A stretch of DNA of 64,000 bases from Gammaproteobacteria bacterium (GTDB taxonomy: Bacteria; Pseudomonadota; Gammaproteobacteria; Steroidobacterales; Foliamicaceae), in assembly GCA_965116895.1 (NCBI GenBank), contig OZ220729.1, positions 2,344,857 through 2,408,856 of the forward strand, read 5' to 3'. The position numbers were made by a program, and so were the translations under genes. Below, one piece after another: positions 11,301 to 17,751 of this stretch. Position 1 is the stretch's first letter. Each line of letters starts with the position of its first letter. Under the pieces are notes generated by a model. The model did not search any database. It had not been told where the DNA came from and worked only from the letters and a program-made list of their open reading frames with translations.

Positions 11301-13377
11301 CGCTGTCGTCGTCCATAACACTGAACGTAGCGACCCTGCGATCGCCTGAGTTTTCGGGATAATCGAATTCGTTCGGGGTCCCGAACCTCGGTTCATCGCT
11401 GTAGGCGACGGCGTTGGTGCCGTCCCGGGACAGGGCTACGGCCAGCTTGAAGGACGTGGTTACGGTTGCGCCGTCCGGGTCGGTCGCCGTGACGGTGAGC
11501 GTGTGAACACCGCGCACGGGCTCCCCACCCTTGGTGTTGGTGATCATGCCATCCTCGCTGATCTCCAGGAAGGCGGGCCCCCGCAGGGAATAGGTCAGAT
11601 CATCGCCATCGGGATCCCAGAAGGCCCCTTCGCCCGGCATATCGCCAGCTTCCTCCAGCTCGAATGTCAGCCACTCGCCCTTACTCACTTCGTCGGACTG
11701 CTGACCGGACTCGGCGGTGACCCACCAGTTGCCGATCGTGTTGGCTTTGGGCGCATCGTTTTCGTCCTTGATGACGATCGAGACGGTCTGGAACTCGACG
11801 TTACCCGTGAACTTAGTGCCACTGCTGTTCGTCGCGCCGTTCATGTCCACCGCGCGGATGGTGATGTCGACTACCCCGTCATTCGTTTCTTCATCCAGAG
11901 ACATCCCTGCCTTCAGTGCCAACCACGGGATGCCGGCGTCGTCGTACTTGACCTCGAAGCGGTCATCCAGTTGGGCGCTGGGCTTAATACGCTCGCTACT
12001 GACAGGGTTTCCTTTCAATATCTGGATTAGGTGCATGCCGTTTGGATGCATCTTGTGGTCCCTGTCGGTCACCCGGATCTCGCCGAACACCACGCCCGAG
12101 GCATCGTTCTCGTCCACGTCGGCTTCGACGGCGACTCTGCCATTACTGTCGATCAGGTCCACGTCCGTGATGTCGTCGTTGCCGTCGTCCACAATCACGT
12201 AGAAGCTGATCGGGTCCGATTCGGCACCATCGCTGTCGGTGGCGGTAAGGGACACCTTGTGGGCGGCGTCGCTTTCGGTACCGGTAACCGGCGGCGTGCC
12301 GGTGAAGATGCCTTGCGCCGTATCGTTGCCGTCGTCGTCTTCGCCGAATTCGACAGCGAACCTCAACCAGGAAGGCCCGCCGCTCAACTCGTAGCGCACG
12401 GCGCTCGCATCGCCCGCGTCCGGGTCGTTGAACAGCTTGAGCAGATCGATCGCGTTGGGCTTGATGGGCTCGCCGGACTCGGTCGTTATGGCATCGACCG
12501 TTCCGACCGCGACCGGGGCTTCGTTCACGTCCGTGACCATGACCGTTACGTCGGTGCTGGCAGTGTTGCCGGCGCTGTCCGTATAGGTGACGGTGACCGT
12601 GACTTCGCTGTCTTCCTCATGGTCGAGGCTGGCGTCGTCCGCCAGATGCAGCCACAGGCCGTTGGCGGGATCGAGAATGACCTGGAACTTGTCGGCTTGT
12701 TCGCCCGTAATCGATACGGCGGCCTTGCCGGCTTCGCCCTTGAGCATGTCCGCATCGGCGGCGTCCGGATCCATCACCTCGATCAGGGCCAGGGGCGGAA
12801 CGCCCTCGTCGCCCTTCATGGCGTTCTCGGCGATGGTCAGGCTCGATACCGGGCGGCCTTCCGTCGAACCCTCCGCATCGGGCACGGCTTCGCCGTCACG
12901 CACGTCGATGGAGGGGTCTTCGTTGACGTCGTTGACGGTGACGGTGACGGTGGCGGTGGCGGACTCGCCGTCGCCGCTGGCGGTAAGGGTGAGTTCGATC
13001 ATGCCGCCTTCGACGGCCTCGAAGTCGAGGCTCATGCCATCCTTCAGCTTCAGGTTGCCGTCGGCGACTTCGAAGTAGTCGTTATCAACCGTAACTTCGC
13101 TGGAGTTCTCGGTAGTGACTGATGCCACCATGACGCCCTCGTCGTTTTCGTCCACTGCCGAGGCTTCGCCGACCGTGATCGTCGCTGCCGGAGGCGGCGG
13201 CGGAGGTGGAGGCGGAGGCGGTGGAGGCGGAGGAGAAATTCCCCACTGATTTTGCGATCCGCCGTTCAGGCTATAAGGAGCTGATCTGACTAAGGAATGT
13301 TGGTTTTCCTGTTTCTGCCGATTTCTTGCTGAATCACTCGTTTCCGAGAACTTTGTAGTAGCCGAAGTGATACGCAA
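8365..13377 (-). CDS. Giant cadherin/dystroglycan-type repeat protein, copy A (1670 aa as drawn); no signal peptide, doubtful TTG start
   Basis: Collinear with copy B from GGSQ...poly-Pro onward. Repeats carry DVNEDP/DVNEAP/DENDAP linkers and F.DPD.D.LTY...P.WL...GTP units. The N-terminal 47 aa (MRITSATTKFSETSDS...) have no hydrophobic segment, and no SD precedes the TTG. Confidence 0.7.
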   Translation of the reverse strand: MRITSATTKFSETSDSARNRQKQENQHSLVRSAPYSLNGGSQNQWGISPPPPPPPPPPPPPPPAATITVGEASAVDENDEGVMVASVTTENSSEVTVDNDYFEVADGNLKLKDGMSLDFEAVEGGMIELTLTASGDGESATATVTVTVNDVNEDPSIDVRDGEAVPDAEGSTEGRPVSSLTIAENAMKGDEGVPPLALIEVMDPDAADADMLKGEAGKAAVSITGEQADKFQVILDPANGLWLHLADDASLDHEEDSEVTVTVTYTDSAGNTASTDVTVMVTDVNEAPVAVGTVDAITTESGEPIKPNAIDLLKLFNDPDAGDASAVRYELSGGPSWLRFAVEFGEDDDGNDTAQGIFTGTPPVTGTESDAAHKVSLTATDSDGAESDPISFYVIVDDGNDDITDVDLIDSNGRVAVEADVDENDASGVVFGEIRVTDRDHKMHPNGMHLIQILKGNPVSSERIKPSAQLDDRFEVKYDDAGIPWLALKAGMSLDEETNDGVVDITIRAVDMNGATNSSGTKFTGNVEFQTVSIVIKDENDAPKANTIGNWWVTAESGQQSDEVSKGEWLTFELEEAGDMPGEGAFWDPDGDDLTYSLRGPAFLEISEDGMITNTKGGEPVRGVHTLTVTATDPDGATVTTSFKLAVALSRDGTNAVAYSDEPRFGTPNEFDYPENSGDRRVATFSVMDDDSDLGHHPFALETVTITQIVVDFQDAGTDDLVIDVAAADSDDDYVSAFQLSQPRKSGDTWTYDLLVKDTNPATSGPSHDTTAILNHETINRVIVTITATDGVGATRTQDIRVVVDPVNEKPTAEDIGTANTHGPYGVNQSEGQKEVLYIKLEDIWSDPENDLNVRSFKADVDGPGIKILQGPDEWGDIDDDVTWNDPPGDQTAVVIGDDATPPALDDWVVIIEIDRTGRNDGQDDDISFTLMASDRRGATGSKTYKVPVTDENLNPTNAVSVSGSAREGATLRATFNDDRDPDLRGDAMPALVLYQWFRGDEANASDATTPFRQSTSNSYTLTQADVNKYITVKVKYYEVGADATTAGTTGQLVGFDTTSTTVLNQATTTRMVTDTPDKGAGSITVLADNNVLSVTDVNVRITDGDYSPALVPDTNLADLTVSWEMSDNGRGGWEPVDEGDDTETATLELDDGKGKYYRAVVSYDANGTRAGTETESIYSDAIQVSDVTDGATTAPTITGNPFPGGTLSVNVRDTSVQWQERIGTDWVDIPGATGSLTLTSAHAGDTVRALVSYRSTDDDNPGVTAIVATDGETIGGGTTGTGATPHAVDDHNIEISVDAPGHAPARTPPADANKAGHNLSHTEIVPLASLFQDPDSASLTYTVAADSASGLGTPTVTGTTYVFDGANSPGGVLVFEASTGKLTYNSDVYQGHDNSGTPADDGAGNVITLNITATDPDGNSSSSNSDTDAQTAAVNVRINVAPTGINFNNAADGTGTTAAAINIDELPGRAPPGGMFIARVDVQDQNSETHKFGTHTVTVDDDRFMITHTHTNAANGTRTDDDKDGSTWEVRLKPGAMLDYEVENADRDPTIVLTLTATDSEGLATPAPVKLTITVTDVTRANGDVTEPPAATPTDVPGLMDDETTDPDEREDDENGSSNDGDTDGGAPPPPPGGSLGGIIEDFVDNMDTFEQDLLEDFMLVIDDGLDIA
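13189..13233 (-). repeat. Run of 15 consecutive proline codons (CCN)15 in giant gene A
   Basis: Minus-strand codons cct ccg cct cca ccg cct ccg cct cca cct ccg ccg ccg cct ccg were read directly. Confidence 0.95.
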
Positions 13378-13458
13378 TAAAGCGCGTGAGGCGGCGCTCC
13401 GCTTCGTTCGCGCGCCCAGTCAACCGGAAATCTTGCAATAACCGAAGTGATACTCGAA

Positions 13459-14648
13459 TTCCACCTCGGTGAAAAATAGCATCGGCTATTTTCTACCAGA
13501 GTGGAAAATCGCCGTATAATGCTGCGGGTGCCCACCACCGACCGCTACCTCACAGACCAGGTTATTTCCGACCTGGACCGCAAGATGGTGTTTGTCGCCG
13601 GCCCCCGTCAGGTCGGAAAGACCACACTCGCTCTCAGCCTGCCCGGGGCAAGTGAAGGGTACCTGAACTGGGACATTGACGCGCACCGCGCACGCATCCT
13701 CAGAAGCGAACTGCCTCCGGGGGCGTTGTGGATATTCGACGAGATTCACAAGTACAGGCGCTGGCGAAACTATCTCAAGGGCCTGTACGACGGTCGCCCG
13801 CCAGGCCAGCGCATTCTTGTTACCGGCAGCGGGCGGCTGGACCTCTATCGGTTCGGCGGCGATTCGTTGCAGGGACGCTACCATCTGCTGCGTCTGCATC
13901 CGTTCTCGGCGGCGGAGCTCGGGCTGGACCGGCCCGCCATGCTCGAGAACCTTCTCAGGCTGGGAGGCTTTCCGGAACCCTGGCTGTCCGCCAGCGAAAC
14001 GGAATCCAGGCGCTGGTCCCGCGAGTACTCGTCGCGGCTCGTGCAGGAAGAGGTGGCCACACTGGAAAACATTCGGGATCTGGGCCAGCTGCAGTTGATG
14101 ATGCTGTCGCTGCCGGAGCGCGTCGGATCGACGCTCTCGATCAACGCGTTGCGCGAGGATCTGAACGTGAGCCACAAGACCGCCAGCGTATGGCTCGAAG
14201 TCCTGGAGCGCCTCTACGCGATCTTCCGGCTTGCTCCCTTCGGCTCGCCGCAGCTTCGGGCCCTGCGCAAGGACCGCAAGCATTATCACTTCGACTGGTC
14301 GGTCGTTCCCTCGCGCGGAGCGCGCTTCGAGAACCTGGTGGCCTGCCACCTGCTCAAATGGGTGCATTTCCGGCAGGACGCCGAGGGGCTGGACTTCGAA
14401 CTGCGGTATTTCCGGGACCGCGACGGCCGGGAAGTGGATTTCGTGGTGACGAACCGGGGCGCGCCCGTGCTGCTGGTCGAATGCAAGTGGTCGGACGCGG
14501 GCCTCGACCGCGGCCTCAAGTATCTCAAGTCCAGGTTCCCCGACGCCGAGGCCTGGCAGATCTCCGCTGCAGGCAGCAAGGACTACGCCTCCCCGCAGGG
14601 CATACGCGCGGCCCCGGCGCTCAAGTTGCTTTCCACTCTGGTCTAGCG
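13459..14648 (+). repeat. 1.19-kb direct repeat, copy 1 (ATPase gene plus 69 bp upstream)
   Basis: Aligns without net indels to 16501..17690 (constant offset 3042). Homology starts at ttccacctcggtgaaaaatagcatcgg and ends just after the stop codon. Confidence 0.9.
13528..14646 (+). CDS. AAA (AAA_14-like) ATPase with DUF4143-like middle region and PD-(D/E)xK-like C-terminus, copy 1
   Basis: Walker A GPRQVGKTT, Walker B-like LWIFDEIH, C-terminal VDFVV...LLVECKW. Start is set at the GTG shared with copy 2; the ORF track starts at 13501, and ATG 13519 is also in frame. Confidence 0.8.
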   Translation: MPTTDRYLTDQVISDLDRKMVFVAGPRQVGKTTLALSLPGASEGYLNWDIDAHRARILRSELPPGALWIFDEIHKYRRWRNYLKGLYDGRPPGQRILVTGSGRLDLYRFGGDSLQGRYHLLRLHPFSAAELGLDRPAMLENLLRLGGFPEPWLSASETESRRWSREYSSRLVQEEVATLENIRDLGQLQLMMLSLPERVGSTLSINALREDLNVSHKTASVWLEVLERLYAIFRLAPFGSPQLRALRKDRKHYHFDWSVVPSRGARFENLVACHLLKWVHFRQDAEGLDFELRYFRDRDGREVDFVVTNRGAPVLLVECKWSDAGLDRGLKYLKSRFPDAEAWQISAAGSKDYASPQGIRAAPALKLLSTLV

Positions 14649-14740
14649 GGCGGGACGCCGTGGGGGACATGCCCCCACTCCCAGGCCGCAGGCTTTACTG
14701 CGAAAACGTCAGTGAGTTGGCAGGTCGGCACGCACCAGTC

Positions 14741-14769
14741 TTGACTCATTTGCATACAAAAGGCAATAT
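14741..14769 (+). promoter_or_regulatory. Candidate sigma70 promoter for hipBA (TTGACT-17nt-CAATAT)
   Basis: Hexamers read directly in an AT-rich stretch about 45 nt upstream of the hipB ATG. Confidence 0.4.
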
Positions 14770-14810
14770 ATGGCCTATAAAGTTATATATCGGGTTTCAA
14801 CAGGCCAGAT

Positions 14811-15164
14811 ATGGATGTTCAATATTCAACGAATGCGCCGAGAGTGGCCTCTGAACTGGGCCGGCGCCTGGCGCAGCTGCGTCTTTCGAGAAATGTGACC
14901 CAAAAGATTCTGGCCCGCGAAGCCGGTATAGGATTGCGAACGCTTCGCCGGCTGGAAGCCGGGCAGCCTACGAGTCTTGACAGTTTCCTGCGCGTCGCAC
15001 TCGCGCTGGGACTTGGCGACGCCTTGCTGGCGGCTCTGCCCTCGCACGGAATACGGCCGATCGAGCGCGTGGAACGGCGCGGCGCAGAACGGCGCCGCGC
15101 CCGCCCAAAACACGCGGAAGCTTCGAACGCGCCCTGGACCTGGGACGACCATCAACGTGACTGA
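14811..15164 (+). CDS. hipB: XRE-family HTH antitoxin HipB
   Basis: LSRNVTQKILAREAGIGLRTLRRLEAG is a helix-turn-helix. It overlaps the start of the HipA-like gene by 8 nt. Confidence 0.8.
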   Translation: MDVQYSTNAPRVASELGRRLAQLRLSRNVTQKILAREAGIGLRTLRRLEAGQPTSLDSFLRVALALGLGDALLAALPSHGIRPIERVERRGAERRRARPKHAEASNAPWTWDDHQRD

Positions 15165-16458
15165 TGCCACCGTAAGACTGTGGGGACGGCGTATCGGTGC
15201 TGTGTCCTGGGATGCCGGGCGCGGCGTTGGCGTGTTCCAGCACGACCCCGCCTTCGCGGCAGCCGGGATAGAACTTGCCCCTTTTGCCATGCCGGCCCGT
15301 GAGGCGCCGTATGAGTTTCCGGCCTTGGGACGTGACGCGTTCAAGGGACTGCCCGGGCTGCTGGCGGACGCACTGCCGGACGACTTCGGCAACCGGCTGA
15401 TCAACGTCTGGCTCGCGACGACCGGACGGCGCATGGAGGATTTCAGTCCGGTCGACCGGCTCTGCTACATAGGTTCGCGCGGCATGGGCGCTCTCGAGTT
15501 CGAGCCCGCAATTGCGCGGAGCGGCAAGGATGGGGAAGTGGAAGTCGCGGAGCTGGTGGATCTGGCGAATCGCGTATTGAGGTCCCGAACGCAGCTTCAT
15601 GGCGCGTTGGACGGAATCGACGATCATGCCGCGCTCGAAGACATCCTCACCGTGGGAACATCGGCCGGCGGCGCCCGCGCCAAGGCTTTGCTGGCCTGTA
15701 ACCCCGGAACCGGAGAGTTCCGGTCCGGCCAGGTCGAGACGAAAAAGGGATTCGAGCACTGGATTCTCAAGTTTGACGGGGTCAGTAACAACCGCGATCG
15801 GGAACTTGCCGACCCGCAGGGCTACGGAAAGATCGAGTACGCCTATCACCGGATGGCGCAAGATGCCGGGATCGCGATGTCGGAGTGCCGGTTGTTCCAC
15901 GAAGGCGGCCGCAGCCATTTCATGACCCGCCGGTTCGACCGCGACGCGGAGGGCCGCAAGATCCACATGCAGTCACTCGGCGCGCTACGGCATTTCGACT
16001 ACTACCAGCCCGGCGCCTATGCCTACGAACAGGCAATGGAAACGATTCACCGGCTGGGGCTGGGAATGGCCGCGGTGGAACAGCAGTATCGGCGCACGGT
16101 GTTCAACATTGCGGCCCGCAACCAGGATGATCACGTGAAGAACATCTCGTTCTTGATGACACCCGACGGCAAGTGGACGCTGTCTCCGGCCTACGACGTT
16201 GCCTACTCCTACAATCCCGGCGGCTCCTGGACCGGCAAGCACCAGATGAGCGTTGTCGGCAAGCAGGACAATTTCGAGCGCAGCGACCTGCTGCAGTTCG
16301 CCCATTCATCCGGAATCAAGGCGGTGGCCGCAAACCGGATTACCAACGACGTGATCGCAGCGGTGGCGGACTGGCCACGGCACGCCAGGGACGTCGGCGT
16401 CCCGCAAGGCGACATTCGCCGGATCGGCGCAACACACAGAACCAAGGTACTGGCGTGA
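15157..16458 (+). CDS. hipA: HipA-family serine/threonine kinase toxin
   Basis: 433 aa from GTG 15157, in the frame of ORF 14977..16458. The catalytic-loop motif DDHVKNISF matches the HipA DxHxKN signature. The N-terminal coupling region is LWGRRIGAVSWD. Confidence 0.85.
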   Translation: MTDATVRLWGRRIGAVSWDAGRGVGVFQHDPAFAAAGIELAPFAMPAREAPYEFPALGRDAFKGLPGLLADALPDDFGNRLINVWLATTGRRMEDFSPVDRLCYIGSRGMGALEFEPAIARSGKDGEVEVAELVDLANRVLRSRTQLHGALDGIDDHAALEDILTVGTSAGGARAKALLACNPGTGEFRSGQVETKKGFEHWILKFDGVSNNRDRELADPQGYGKIEYAYHRMAQDAGIAMSECRLFHEGGRSHFMTRRFDRDAEGRKIHMQSLGALRHFDYYQPGAYAYEQAMETIHRLGLGMAAVEQQYRRTVFNIAARNQDDHVKNISFLMTPDGKWTLSPAYDVAYSYNPGGSWTGKHQMSVVGKQDNFERSDLLQFAHSSGIKAVAANRITNDVIAAVADWPRHARDVGVPQGDIRRIGATHRTKVLA

Positions 16459-16500
16459 AGACGCTGCCGATGCCGATCCAGCTACTGTGCATCGGCGTTT

Positions 16501-17690
16501 TTCCACCTCGGTGAAAAATAGCATCGGCAATTATCTACCGGAGTCGAATATTGCCGTATAATTCGGCGCGTGCCCACCACCGACCGCTACCTCACAGAAC
16601 AGGTTCTTGCCGACCTGGACCGCAAGATGGTGTTCGTGGCCGGCCCCCGGCAGGTGGGCAAGACCACCCTCGCGCTGAGCCTGCCCGAGGCGCAGGCAGG
16701 CTACCTGAACTGGGACATTGACGCGCACCGCGCGCGCATCCTCAGGAACGAACTGCCTCCGGGCGCGTTGTGGGTATTCGACGAGATTCACAAGTACAGA
16801 CGCTGGCGCAACTACCTCAAGGGCCTGTACGACGGCCGCCCGCCGGGCCAGCGCATTCTTGTTACCGGCAGCGGGCGGCTCGACCTCTACCGGTTCGGCG
16901 GCGATTCGTTGCAGGGTCGCTACCATCTGCTGCGCCTGCATCCGTTCTCGGCGGCGGAGCTCGGGCTGGACCAGCCCGCCATGCTCCAGGATCTTCTCCG
17001 GCTGGGAGGCTTTCCGGAGCCCTGGCTGACCGCCAGCGAAACGGAATCCAGGCGCTGGTCGCGCGAGTATTCGACGCGGCTTGTGCAGGAAGAGGTGGCC
17101 ACGCTGGAAAACATTCGCGATCTGGGTCAGCTGCAGCTGATGATGCTGTCGCTGCCGGAGCGCGTGGGATCGACGCTCTCGATCAACGCGCTGCGCGAGG
17201 ACCTCAACGTGAGCCACAAGACCGCCAGTGCATGGCTCGAAATCCTGGAGCGGCTGTACGCGATCTTCCGGCTTGCCCCGTTCGGCTCACCGCAGCTTCG
17301 GGCCCTGCGCAAGGACCGCAAGCACTATCACTTCGACTGGTCGGTCGTTCCCTCGCGCGGCGCGCGCTTCGAGAACCTGGTGGCCTGCCATCTGCTCAAG
17401 TGGGTGCATTTCCGGCAGGACGCCGAGGGGCTGGACTACGAACTGCGGTATTTCCGGGACCGCGACGGCCGGGAAGTGGATTTCGTCGTGACGAACCGGG
17501 GCGCGCCCGTGCTGCTGGTCGAATGCAAGTGGTCGGACGCGGACCTCGACCGCGGCCTCAAGTATCTCAAGTCCAGGTTTCCCGACGCCGAGGCCTGGCA
17601 GATTTCCGCCGCAGGCAGGAAAGACTACGCTTCGCCGCAGGGCATACGCGCGGCCCCGGCGCTGAAGTTGCTTTCGACTCTGGTCTAGGG
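16501..17690 (+). repeat. 1.19-kb direct repeat, copy 2
   Basis: See 13459..14648. Confidence 0.9.
16570..17688 (+). CDS. AAA/DUF4143-like ATPase with PD-(D/E)xK-like C-terminus, copy 2
   Basis: 372 aa, with about 18 amino-acid differences from copy 1 counted by eye. Same Walker A and ECK motifs. Confidence 0.85.
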   Translation: MPTTDRYLTEQVLADLDRKMVFVAGPRQVGKTTLALSLPEAQAGYLNWDIDAHRARILRNELPPGALWVFDEIHKYRRWRNYLKGLYDGRPPGQRILVTGSGRLDLYRFGGDSLQGRYHLLRLHPFSAAELGLDQPAMLQDLLRLGGFPEPWLTASETESRRWSREYSTRLVQEEVATLENIRDLGQLQLMMLSLPERVGSTLSINALREDLNVSHKTASAWLEILERLYAIFRLAPFGSPQLRALRKDRKHYHFDWSVVPSRGARFENLVACHLLKWVHFRQDAEGLDYELRYFRDRDGREVDFVVTNRGAPVLLVECKWSDADLDRGLKYLKSRFPDAEAWQISAAGRKDYASPQGIRAAPALKLLSTLV

Positions 17691-17694
17691 GCGC

Positions 17695-17726
17695 AAAAAA
17701 ACGAGGCGGGCATATAGCCCGCCTCG
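17695..17726 (-). terminator. Intrinsic terminator of giant gene B (CGAGGCGGGC-tatat-GCCCGCCTCG followed by T7)
   Basis: 10-bp stem plus T-run on the minus strand, 25 nt after the stop. Homologous to 8308..8341. Confidence 0.8.
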
Positions 17727-17751
17727 CTGCAACGTTAAGTTGCGGGGGTGG

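Noticed and set aside
8845-13122. Plus-strand ORFs of 606, 363, 193 and 175 aa (and the matching set in 17740..22773)
   Set aside because: They are antisense to the two giant repeat-protein genes. Their translations are Arg/Gly/Val-rich low-complexity strings typical of GC-rich antisense frames.
13486-14670. 394-aa minus-strand ORF (and 16531..17217, 228 aa)
   Set aside because: Both are antisense to the ATPase genes, which have clear Walker motifs. Neither has motifs of its own.
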